Shown here: positions 1 to 8,056 of the stretch, one piece after another
How the letters are laid out: each line of letters opens with the position of its first letter
Position numbering within the stretch: the stretch's first letter is position 1
DNA from: Leptothrix sp. (in: b-proteobacteria)
GTDB lineage: Bacteria; Pseudomonadota; Gammaproteobacteria; Burkholderiales; Burkholderiaceae_C
Reading direction: 5' to 3'
DNA: 64,000 nt
NCBI GenBank assembly: GCA_013822265.1
Contig: PNKD01000004.1
Coordinates: 9,183 to 73,182 of the forward strand
Notes under the pieces: model-generated
What the model was told of the DNA's origin: nothing
Database searches by the model: none
What the model saw: the letters and a program-made list of their open reading frames with translations, nothing else
Program-made: the position numbers and the translations under genes

Positions 1-91
1 CCGGCGCGCCTGGGCCGCCTTATGCTCGCGGCCCCGCCACGGGCTTCGCCCTGGGCGCCTGCCCTTCCCGGGCCCATCACCAGCCCTCTCC

Positions 92-1024
92 ATGCAAGCC
101 CTGCTCGACGCCATCGCCACCGCAGCGCTGCCCACCGACGCCCGGCGCGTCTTCCACGGCCGCGGCGGCACCTACCCCGGCTGCGAGCAGTGGGCGCTGG
201 ACTGCTATGCGCCGGTCTGGGTGCTGACGGGCTTCGAGCCGACCGGCGACGACGAACTGGCCGCCGTCGGTGACGCGCTGGCCGCACGCTGGCAGCAGCT
301 GGCGCCCGGCGAGCCGCTGAACTGGGTCTACCAGTGCCGCCACGAAGGCCGCAGCCGCACGCGGCTGATGGCCGGCAGCGTGCCCGAGCCGCACATCGTC
401 AGCGAAGACGGCGCCCGCTACCGCGTGCACGTGCTGCGGGGCCAGAACCACGGCCTCTTTCTCGACATGGCCGAGGGGCGGCGCTGGGTGCGTGAACACC
501 TGTTGAAGCGCGCGACCGTGCAGACACGGCTCAAGGTGCTGAACCTCTTCGCCTACACCTGTGCGTTCTCGGTGGCGGCGCTGCAAGGCGGCGCCGCGCA
601 GGTGCTGAACATGGACATGAGCCACGGCGCGCTGGCCATAGGCCAGCAGAACCACGCGCTCAACGGGCTGGCGGCGGGCGCCAGTTTCATGGCCCACGAC
701 GTTTTCAGTTCGTGGGGCAAGATCCAGCGCGGCGGCCCGTGGGATCTCGTCATCCTCGACCCGCCCAGCTACCAGAAGGGCAGCTTCGTCGCCACCAAGG
801 ACTATGCGCGCCTGATGCGCCGCCTGCCCGACCTGCTGGCCCCGGGCGGCCATGCGCTGCTGTGCCTGAACGCGCCCGAGCTGGGCCTGGCCTTCCTGCA
901 GCAGGGCATGCAGGAGCAGGCGCCTGCGCTGGCATTTGTCGCACGCCTGGCAAACCCGCAGGCCTTTGCCGATGTCTCGGCCGATCGTTCGCTCAAGGTG
1001 CTGGTCTACCGGGCCCCGGGTTGA
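92..1024 (+). CDS. Class I SAM-dependent methyltransferase, RlmI/RlmK-like
   Basis: 310-aa ORF with NHGLFLDM, VLNLFAYTCAFSV and ILDPPSYQKG motifs typical of the RlmI/RlmK methyltransferase family. Confidence 0.8.
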   Translation: MQALLDAIATAALPTDARRVFHGRGGTYPGCEQWALDCYAPVWVLTGFEPTGDDELAAVGDALAARWQQLAPGEPLNWVYQCRHEGRSRTRLMAGSVPEPHIVSEDGARYRVHVLRGQNHGLFLDMAEGRRWVREHLLKRATVQTRLKVLNLFAYTCAFSVAALQGGAAQVLNMDMSHGALAIGQQNHALNGLAAGASFMAHDVFSSWGKIQRGGPWDLVILDPPSYQKGSFVATKDYARLMRRLPDLLAPGGHALLCLNAPELGLAFLQQGMQEQAPALAFVARLANPQAFADVSADRSLKVLVYRAPG

Positions 1025-1082
1025 CGTAAGCAGCACGGCAGGCCCTGTCGGCGGCGGCCGGCCCGTGCAGTACATTGGCGCC

Positions 1083-1700
1083 ATGCAGGCCGACGGCAGC
1101 ATCCGTTTTTTCGACGAGCAGTTCCAACGCCAGTTGCACGACGCGGAACTGGCGCTCAACCCCTTCGAGCTGGCCGCGCTGCCCTACCTGGGCGGGCGCG
1201 TGCTCGACTACGGCTGCGGCCTGGGCAATCTCGCCGTGGCGGCGGCGCGGCGCGGCTGCAGCGTCACCGCACTGGACGCCAGCCCCACGGCCATCGCGCA
1301 CCTGAGGCAGGTGGCGCAGGCCGACTCACTGGCCATCGCGGCCGAAGAGGCCGATCTTCGCGTCCATCGGGTGTCCGGCGAGTTCGACACCGTGGTGTGC
1401 ATCGGCCTGCTGATGTTCTTCGACTGCTCGACGGCGCTGGCGCAACTCGATCACCTGCAGGCGCACCTGCGGCCGGGCGGCGTGATGGTGCTCAACGTGC
1501 TGGTCGAGGGCACGACCTTCTTCGACATGTTCGACCCCGCCGCCCATTGCCTGCTGGCCCGCGACGCCGTGCTCGGGCGTTTTGCGGGCTGGGAGATGCT
1601 GCACGCCAGGGACCAGGACTTCGCCGCGCCGCACGCGACGCTGAAGCGTTTCGTCACCGTGATCGCGCGCAAGCCGGTGGACGTTCTCCGCGCTCCATAG
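1083..1700 (+). CDS. Class I SAM-dependent methyltransferase, TehB-like
   Basis: VLDYGCGLGN SAM motif and 'FDTVVCIGLLMFF'; start moved to ATG 1083, which follows a -10-like TACATT by 6 nt. Confidence 0.7.
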   Translation: MQADGSIRFFDEQFQRQLHDAELALNPFELAALPYLGGRVLDYGCGLGNLAVAAARRGCSVTALDASPTAIAHLRQVAQADSLAIAAEEADLRVHRVSGEFDTVVCIGLLMFFDCSTALAQLDHLQAHLRPGGVMVLNVLVEGTTFFDMFDPAAHCLLARDAVLGRFAGWEMLHARDQDFAAPHATLKRFVTVIARKPVDVLRAP

Positions 1701-1723
1701 ACGGGCACGGCGGCATGCGCGCC

Positions 1724-2365
1724 TCAGCTGCGCGACGCGCGCCAGCGCACGAGGTCGGCCGGTTCGTCGACGTCCCACAAGGTCTCGAGCTCGCAAACAC
1801 GCAGGCCTGCGGCGCGCGCACGCTCGCGCGTCTCGGCCATCACGGTCGCCGTGCTCCAGGCCATGCCGTCGAACAAGCGCACTTGCGGTCGGCGCAGGCC
1901 CACCATCACGTAGCCGCCGTCCTCGGCGGGCTGGAAGACGGCGTCGGCGCCCGCCAGCAGCGCGCGCGCCGCCTGACGCAGGTGCGCGGGCGTGAGCGGC
2001 GGGCAGTCGGTGCCGGTCAGCAGCAGCGGGCCGTGAGGGCAGTGGTGCTCGAAGGCCGCGTGCATGCGCTGGCCCAGGTCGGCGGCAGGCTGCGCCAGGC
2101 AGGCCACGCCGGTGGCCAGTTGCAGGGCGCGGAAGAAGCGGTGCCGCGCATCCGGCGCGCACCACAGCGTCACGCCGCCCAGGCCGGCGTCGAGGGCGGT
2201 CTGCAGCGTGGCGCGCGTGAACTGGCGCTGCAGCCGCGCCGCGCCCTGCGCGCCCAGCGCCGGGATCAGCCTTGTCTTGGCCTGCCCGGGCACCGGCGCC
2301 TTGGCGAGCACGGCAACCTGCACGCGGTGCAGGTTGCCGGCGTGCGGCGCGGCCGGCGCGGTCAA
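1724..2365 (-). CDS. DUF2064 / TIGR04282 family protein (CofC-like nucleotidyl/glycosyltransferase fold)
   Basis: AKAPVPGQAKTRL, DLGQRM, GTDCP, PAEDGGY and LWDVDEPADL motifs; TTG start overlaps the upstream TGA (TTGA). Confidence 0.85.
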   Translation of the reverse strand: MTAPAAPHAGNLHRVQVAVLAKAPVPGQAKTRLIPALGAQGAARLQRQFTRATLQTALDAGLGGVTLWCAPDARHRFFRALQLATGVACLAQPAADLGQRMHAAFEHHCPHGPLLLTGTDCPPLTPAHLRQAARALLAGADAVFQPAEDGGYVMVGLRRPQVRLFDGMAWSTATVMAETRERARAAGLRVCELETLWDVDEPADLVRWRASRS

Positions 2366-3342
2366 GGGCCTGCCTGTGGCGCCATGGCCTGCTGCGGCAG
2401 GTAGGCCGGCCCGCGCGTGATGCGGTCGAAGTAGGACAGCCACGCCGCCGACCCGGCCGGCCATTGCGCCAGGAACTCGCGCTGCCAGCGCCCGGCGTCG
2501 AAGCGCAGCGGCAGCAGCGCGACATGGACACCGGCCACCTGCACTTCCTGCACCACCGGGTGCGGCGACGGCGTGAGCGCGATGCGCGTGCACAGCCCCG
2601 CCAGATCACCCTTGAAGTTGGGCATGCCGGCGGCGCCGTTGTTGACCACCAGCCCCTCGCGGCCGGGCCCGACGGCCACGCGGCGCAGCGCCGGCAGGCA
2701 GGTGTGGGTGCTGGCGAAGACGTCGACCTCGGCGGCGTCGAACATCTCGCGCTGCCATGGCCGCTGGGCAGCGTCGTCCAGCGCCGCGGCGTCGAAGCGC
2801 CAGCCGGCCAGCGACTCGGCGTCGCCGTGCACCACGCCGACGCGGCAGCCGCCGACCTCGTAGCGCGCCACCATCGGCAGCGCGGCGATGCGGGCGCGCA
2901 GCGCCGGGTGGCGTGCGGCCGTGGCCTTGAGCCGGGCGTGGATGAGGTTGGACCGCTCGACCACGCCGGCGTCGACGCTGTCGGGGTAGGCGCAGCCGCA
3001 GCCGGCGTCGCCCGTCGCGCTGTCGAGTTCGGCCTCGACGTTGCCGAGCACGGCGTCGTGGCCCAGCACGCGGCGGTTGACCTCGGCGAAGTCGGCGTCG
3101 GCGGCGTTGAACCAGTTGAAGTCGCCGTTGAAGCACAGCGTCGGCGCCTGGGTCTCGGCGGCGGCCAGACCTTCGATTTCGGCCAGCGCCGGCAGGTTGC
3201 CGTAGAGGCCGCCGACGACGTAGAGCGTGCCGGCCGGGCGCGGCACGGCGCGCGCGATGGCCGCGGGGCCGTAGCGGTAGCGCAGCGGGCAGGTACGGCC
3301 CGGCAGGCCCGGGGCGTCGATCGGCCGCGTGGCGTGGCTCAC
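2362..3342 (-). CDS. Metallophosphoesterase-fold protein with atypical metal-ligand motifs and a CGCAY motif
   Basis: GGLYGN, NGDFN, GNVE, VHGD and STHT at the positions of the calcineurin-like motifs; 4-nt overlaps with both neighbours. Confidence 0.65.
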   Translation of the reverse strand: MSHATRPIDAPGLPGRTCPLRYRYGPAAIARAVPRPAGTLYVVGGLYGNLPALAEIEGLAAAETQAPTLCFNGDFNWFNAADADFAEVNRRVLGHDAVLGNVEAELDSATGDAGCGCAYPDSVDAGVVERSNLIHARLKATAARHPALRARIAALPMVARYEVGGCRVGVVHGDAESLAGWRFDAAALDDAAQRPWQREMFDAAEVDVFASTHTCLPALRRVAVGPGREGLVVNNGAAGMPNFKGDLAGLCTRIALTPSPHPVVQEVQVAGVHVALLPLRFDAGRWQREFLAQWPAGSAAWLSYFDRITRGPAYLPQQAMAPQAGP

Positions 3343-4082
3343 TTCAGCAAGCCTCGGAGCTGGGCCGGCGTGTGGGCGTCGACGGCGACATCGGCCACCA
3401 AGATGCCGCGGCGCAGCGCGATGGCGCGGTCGGCCAGCCGCGGCAGCAGGTCGAGGTCGTGCACCACGCAGACCAGCGTGGCGCGGCGCTCGGCGGTCAC
3501 ATCGGCCAGCAGGCCGGCGACGTCGTCGGCGGCCTCGGCGTCGAGGCTGGCCGTGGGCTCGTCGGCCAGCAGCAGCGGCCCGCCCTGATGCAGCGCACGG
3601 GCGATGGCCACCTTCTGGCGCTCGCCGCCCGAAAGCGTGTCGGTGCGCCGCTGCGCGGCGGCACCCAGGCCCACGCGAACCAGCGCCGCCTGCGCCGCGC
3701 GACGCTCGGCGGCGGGCCAGCGCCGCAACCAGGTCCAGGGCGAAGCGTGGCGCCCCGCGCCGCCGATGAGCACGTTGTCTATCGCACTCAGCCGGCCCAC
3801 CAGGTGCAGGCCCTGGTGCACCTGCGCCACGCGCGTGCGCAGGCGGCGCAGCGTGGCCGCGGGCCGTGCCGCGGACAGGTCGGTGTCGAGCACCTGCAGG
3901 CGGCCCTGGGTGACGCGGCCAAAGCCCGTCAGCGCGCGCAGCAGCGTCGACTTGCCGGCGCCGTTGTGGCCCACCAGCGCCACGCGCTCGCCGGCGGTGA
4001 TGCGCAGCGCGACGTCGCGCAGCAGCACCTGCGTGGCCACGCTGACCTGCAGGCCTTGCGCCGTGATCACCGCAGTGCTCAT
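3339..4082 (-). CDS. ABC transporter ATP-binding subunit, PhnC-like
   Basis: Walker A GHNGAGKST, signature LSGGERQK, ADEPTASLD; ATG 4082 overlaps the permease TGA. Confidence 0.88.
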   Translation of the reverse strand: MSTAVITAQGLQVSVATQVLLRDVALRITAGERVALVGHNGAGKSTLLRALTGFGRVTQGRLQVLDTDLSAARPAATLRRLRTRVAQVHQGLHLVGRLSAIDNVLIGGAGRHASPWTWLRRWPAAERRAAQAALVRVGLGAAAQRRTDTLSGGERQKVAIARALHQGGPLLLADEPTASLDAEAADDVAGLLADVTAERRATLVCVVHDLDLLPRLADRAIALRRGILVADVAVDAHTPAQLRGLLK

Positions 4083-5020
4083 ACGATGCGCCGGCGCACG
4101 GCCCGGCTGAGTGCGTCGAAGGCCGTGACCATCAGCACGATGGCCAGCAGCAGCGTCGCCAGGCGGCCCCATTGGAAGAGGCTCATCGCCTCCGACAACA
4201 GCAGGCCCAGCCCGCCGGCACCCACCAGCCCGAGGATGGTCGAATCGCGGATGTTGAACTCCCACACGTACAGGGCCTGCGAGACGAACTGCGGCAGCAC
4301 CGCCGGCCACACGCCGAGGAAGAACACCTGGCCCGGCGTGGCACCGGTGGCGCGCACGGCTTGCACCGGCTGCATGTCCAGCGACTCGATGGCCTCGGCC
4401 AGCAGCTTGCCCAGCGTGCCTGCCGAATGCGCGGCCACGGCCAGGATGCCCGCGGTGGCGCCGAGACCGACGATGCCGACGAAGAAAAGGCCGAAGACCA
4501 GCGTGTGGATGGCGCGCAGCACATCCAGCACGCCCTTCGCAGCCCACGACAGCCCGCGCGGCGCGTGCAGGGTGCGCGCCGCCAGCAGGCCCAGAGGCAG
4601 CGCGATCAGCGCCGCCAGCACCGTGCCCAGCGTGGCGATGCGCAGCGTCGTCCACAGCGCGCGGCCCACGCCTTCCAGGTAACGCCGCTCGGTGGCGCGC
4701 TGGTCTTCGACACGCAGCACGCGGCCGTCGGCGTCGCGCACCTGCAGCCCGGTGTCGCCGAACCAGACACGCAGGAAGCTCGGCTCGGACATCTCGGTGA
4801 GGGTCTTGCCCAGGTTCTGCCAGGGCTTGCGGCCCAGGCTCAGCTCGTCCTCGGCGGCCAGCGTCCACAGGCTGGCCAGCACCAGCAAGGCGCAGGCGGC
4901 CAGCAGCATCGGCAGCACGGCCCAGCGCCGGGGTGCCGCACTGCGCGGGCCGCGGGGCAGGGCACATGGCGGGCCGGCGGCGGCGGGCGCGGCGGCGCTG
5001 TCGGTGGGCGGCGCGCTCAC
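4079..5020 (-). CDS. ABC transporter permease, PhnE-like
   Basis: LGKLLAEAIE, EFNIRDSTILGLVGAGGLG motifs characteristic of PhnE/PtxC permeases. Confidence 0.88.
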   Translation of the reverse strand: MSAPPTDSAAAPAAAGPPCALPRGPRSAAPRRWAVLPMLLAACALLVLASLWTLAAEDELSLGRKPWQNLGKTLTEMSEPSFLRVWFGDTGLQVRDADGRVLRVEDQRATERRYLEGVGRALWTTLRIATLGTVLAALIALPLGLLAARTLHAPRGLSWAAKGVLDVLRAIHTLVFGLFFVGIVGLGATAGILAVAAHSAGTLGKLLAEAIESLDMQPVQAVRATGATPGQVFFLGVWPAVLPQFVSQALYVWEFNIRDSTILGLVGAGGLGLLLSEAMSLFQWGRLATLLLAIVLMVTAFDALSRAVRRRIV

Positions 5021-5916
5021 TGTGGCGTCAGTTTCCCGGTGGCCAGGCCGGCGTCGCGAATGGGGCGGTAAAAGGCGTTGTCCTTGGCGACGAAGCCGGT
5101 ATAGCGCGGCGGCAACAGGTTGGGGGTGCGGCGCAACTCGGGGCCGACCGATTCGAGCGCGGCGCGCAGCCTGGCGACGAAGGCCTTGTCCCTGGCCAGT
5201 TCGGCACGCACCGCCACGGCGTCGTTGGGCAACGGGTCGGAGGTCCAGAAGACCACGCTGTCGGCGGCCTTGATCAGGCCCTCGGCGATCATCGCGTCGC
5301 GGTTGCGGTTGTAGTCGGCACCGGCGTCGATCTCGCCGCGCGTCACCTGCAGCTCGATCGCCTGATGTTTCGTGTTGAGCACGCGGCCCAGGTACTTGTC
5401 GGGGTCGATGCCGTTCTTCTGGAAGTGGTGGTAGGGGATCAGGTAGCCCGAGGTCGAACCCTTGTCACCGAAGGCGAAGGTGCGGCCCTTGAGGTCGGCA
5501 ATGCCCCTGATGCCCGACTTGGGGTGGGTGACCATGATCGCGAAGTACTCGGGCTTGCCGTCGTACAGGATCGACGCCACGGCCTGTGCGCCGGCCACGT
5601 GATGGGCCAGCACGTAGCCCCAGGGGCCCATCAGCGCGATGTCGGTCTCGCCGTTGGCCAGCGACTTGGCCAGGCCTTCCCAGGTGTCCACGGTGTAGAG
5701 CTTGACCGGCCGGCCAAGCTGCTTGCTCAGGTGCTCGGCCAGCGGGCGGTAGGTGGCGTCGTTTTTCTCCTTGTCGGGCTGGTAGAGGCCGACACCGAAA
5801 CGCAGCACGTCGTCGGCGGCGAGGGCCGGGGCCGGCATCGTCAGGCCTGACAGCCAAAGTGTGCCCAGTGTCAGCCATCGGGAAACTATCGATAGGCGCG
5901 CGGAAGGGGTCATCAT
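5017..5916 (-). CDS. Phosphate/phosphite/phosphonate ABC substrate-binding protein (PhnD family, HtxB-like)
   Basis: Signal-like N-terminus; GPWGYVL, GDKGSTSGYLIP and LPNDA motifs; exact start uncertain (5916 or 5913). Confidence 0.85.
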   Translation of the reverse strand: MMTPSARLSIVSRWLTLGTLWLSGLTMPAPALAADDVLRFGVGLYQPDKEKNDATYRPLAEHLSKQLGRPVKLYTVDTWEGLAKSLANGETDIALMGPWGYVLAHHVAGAQAVASILYDGKPEYFAIMVTHPKSGIRGIADLKGRTFAFGDKGSTSGYLIPYHHFQKNGIDPDKYLGRVLNTKHQAIELQVTRGEIDAGADYNRNRDAMIAEGLIKAADSVVFWTSDPLPNDAVAVRAELARDKAFVARLRAALESVGPELRRTPNLLPPRYTGFVAKDNAFYRPIRDAGLATGKLTPQ

Positions 5917-6159
5917 GGTCCTGGGGCTGTCGAAATGGTGGGGTCGGACGGGAGCGGGCCGTGCAGTGTGGCGCAAGCGATCAGGGCGCGGCGGCGCCCG
6001 GGTCTTGCGCAGCGGCGTCGCTGCAACGCCAGACCCGGCCTGGAGCGTAGCTGGTGTGCCCGTCATCGACGGCGGGACCACGCCAGTCGTCGCGGCGGGC
6101 CGCTTCTTACAGGCCGCCTGCAGGGCGATCACACCCACTGCCGGGCACCCGCCAAGGGC

Positions 6160-6897
6160 GCGGCGCGAGAACGTGCCCGACGCCGCCACTTTGCTGAAGT
6201 TCCCTGGGCTGACGTTGCGCCGGCTGCCGGAGCAGCACGACATGACGGCAGCGATGGTGGCCGAGGCCAACGCGCACCTGACCGAGCGTGGACCGCTGAT
6301 GCGCCAGGGCACGGTGGTGGACGCCACCATCCGCGCCGCGCCGCACCGAGCTCGACGAAGAACCCGGGGGGCACGGGCAGGGGCAACGGCATGCGCGGCC
6401 GCGAGATGCCCCAGACCAAGAAGGGCAACCCGTGGCATATCGGCATGAAGATGCAGTCGGGCGTAAACGCCGAGTCGGACCCGATCCACAGTGTGGTCTG
6501 CCCGGCGGCGCATGAGGCCGACGTGGCGCACGCGCACGACCTGCTGCATCGACAGGAGAGCCAGGTTCGCGGCGACAGCGGTTACGCCGGGCCGGACAAG
6601 CGAGACGAGAAAGCGAGACGAGATCAAGGCGGCGCAAGTCGAAGGTCGGCTGCGCGAAGACATCGACTGGCGCATCGCCATGAAGCGCGGGCAGATCCAG
6701 GCGATGCGCGAGGGCCCAGCCAAGGCGCTGTACGAGTGGTTCGAGCGGCGCCAGGCCCAGGTGCGTGCCAACGTCTAACACCCGTTCCACGTCATCAAGA
6801 ACCTGTTGCCCTACCGCAGGGCGAGCTGCCGCGAGATCGCCAAGAACCGGACCCGGGCGAAGGCCCAATCTGCGCTGGCCAACCTGTGCATCGCAAG
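6160..6897 (+). pseudogene. IS5-family transposase remnant (5'- and 3'-truncated, frameshifted)
   Basis: IS5 segments spread over three frames: VPDAATLLKF...GTVVDATI, APSSTKN...QTKKGNPWHIGMK...GDSGY, and RANV*HPFHVIKN...LANL; premature TAA at 6776-6778; no terminal IRs found. Confidence 0.85.
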
Positions 6898-6983
6898 GCC
6901 CCAGGCCGTGATGATGCGCCGCGTGCCACAGGCCGGGGCCTGGTGGCCCGCCGTTGGCGCCCCCATTGAGCGAGAGGTTAGGC
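6897..6983 (-). other. Truncated attC site (R'' and left arm only)
   Basis: Minus strand GCCTAAC overlaps the DUF2784 stop, followed by CTCTCGCTCAA...GCCAACGGCGGGCCACC, nearly identical to the attC at 7397-7525; central hairpin present; right arm and GTTRRRY absent. Confidence 0.8.
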
Positions 6984-7379
6984 GCTGTCTCTGCGATTGC
7001 GCCGCGGCGGGAAGCGCCACCATGCCCAGGCCACGAGCAGCCCGAAGCCTGTGTAGACCAGCGTGAAGAGCCACGGTGGCGCCTCGTAGTACAGGGCGCG
7101 GTGAAGCCAGTGTTCGATGAAGCTGCGCTGATACCCGACTTGACCCGTTTGCTCACGGAGCGAGGATTCAAGCAGCGTGAGGGGGCAATACTGGCCCAAC
7201 CAGGCCTGGAGGGCGACTGCGACTATCGCCGCCAGGTGGGCCAGTCGCCACCAGAGGTGGTTCACCCAAGGCCAGGCAAACCTGTTGCCGACGAGAACGA
7301 CCGGGAGCCCCAGGATCACGAAGAGGACGACTCCGAAGTGCAGCAGCAAGACCGCATCTGCGAGGGCTTGGAAGATCAA
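6978..7379 (-). CDS. DUF2784 family membrane protein (integron gene cassette)
   Basis: ADAVLLLH...WRLAHL...CPLTLLE...SFIEHW motif pattern; TTG start after GGGGAA; lies between two attC sites. Confidence 0.8.
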   Translation of the reverse strand: MIFQALADAVLLLHFGVVLFVILGLPVVLVGNRFAWPWVNHLWWRLAHLAAIVAVALQAWLGQYCPLTLLESSLREQTGQVGYQRSFIEHWLHRALYYEAPPWLFTLVYTGFGLLVAWAWWRFPPRRNRRDSA

Positions 7380-7396
7380 CCGCGGTTCCCCTGTGA

Positions 7397-7525
7397 CGCC
7401 AACTTTCGAGCCGAGGGGGCGCCAGCGGCAGGACGTCGGGCTCTGGCTCGCGAAACTGTACCGCGTACCGCCAGACCAGGCCGGGTGGCCCGCCGTTGGT
7501 GCTGCATTTGAGCGAGGGGTTGGGC
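7397..7525 (-). other. attC site, 129 bp, somewhat degenerate
   Basis: Minus strand begins GCCCAAC (R'') and ends GTTGGCG (R'); imperfect inverted arms (AACGGCGGGC / GTCCTGCCGCT); same family as the 6897-6983 site. Confidence 0.8.
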
Positions 7526-7657
7526 GGCATCCAGCGCGAGTGGGTTGCGACGGCTCTGCACCGGACGTGACCAGGCGATGAAGTCGCTGGCTCCCGTATC
7601 GCCGCGGTGCGGCCAGCCTGTGCGGCGGAGTGTGACTTTGGCGAGGGCACCAAGGCC

Positions 7658-7894
7658 TCACTCCTCCAGGAAGCCAACCTTGAAGATGCGCCGTGGCGTG
7701 CCGTCGTGCAGGTAGAAGTGCCCGTCGGCACGGTTTTCCTTTGCCGGGAAGCAGTCTCCGTACGCCTTGGGAACGGGACACGCAAGTCGGGCTGGCGCGG
7801 CAGGAGAGATCGAACGGTACTGAAGTGGAGCCCCCGAGGGGGCCGTCCGCCAACGGCCCGGCAAATCCGGTTCCGTGGCGGGAAGTGTGGTCAT
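7658..7894 (-). CDS. Hypothetical protein in probable integron cassette (possibly interrupted)
   Basis: AGGA RBS before ATG 7894; frame stays open after TGA 7658-7660 up to the attC R'' box. Confidence 0.4.
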   Translation of the reverse strand: MTTLPATEPDLPGRWRTAPSGAPLQYRSISPAAPARLACPVPKAYGDCFPAKENRADGHFYLHDGTPRRIFKVGFLEE

Positions 7895-7949
7895 GGGTTC
7901 CTGCTTCGGGGGTCGCGGGTGGCGCCAGGCGCGGTGGACGACTGACATG

Positions 7950-7974
7950 AAAAACGCCCCGGTTGCGGGGCGTT
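7950..7974 (-). terminator. Rho-independent terminator after the TonB-dependent receptor
   Basis: AACGCCCC-gcaacc-GGGGCGTT followed by a T run on the minus strand. Confidence 0.75.
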
Positions 7975-8056
7975 GACTGCAGCGGCGTTCGCGCTTCAGG
8001 ACTCGATGGGTCGGCGCGCTTCACGGCGTCGGCGCGCATCGGCCTGACGGCAAGCA

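Noticed and set aside
1030-1082. Segment resembling the attC core (ACGGCAGGCC...GTACATT)
   Set aside because: No RYYYAAC or GTTRRRY boxes and no long inverted arms; TACATT is better explained as a -10 element before ATG 1083
5880-5915. GGAAAC/GGAAGG as a possible IS5 left inverted repeat
   Set aside because: No matching right IR; lies within the likely signal-peptide coding region of the binding protein
5999-6047. Hairpin and CGCCAGACCCGGCCTGG resembling part of attC, as the possible missing arm of the truncated site
   Set aside because: Match is short, lacks R boxes and does not correspond to the missing right arm; plausible by chance in GC-rich DNA
7658-7660. In-frame TGA as selenocysteine
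   Set aside because: No Cys/Sec-type motif context or recognisable SECIS; nonsense mutation in a decaying cassette is simpler
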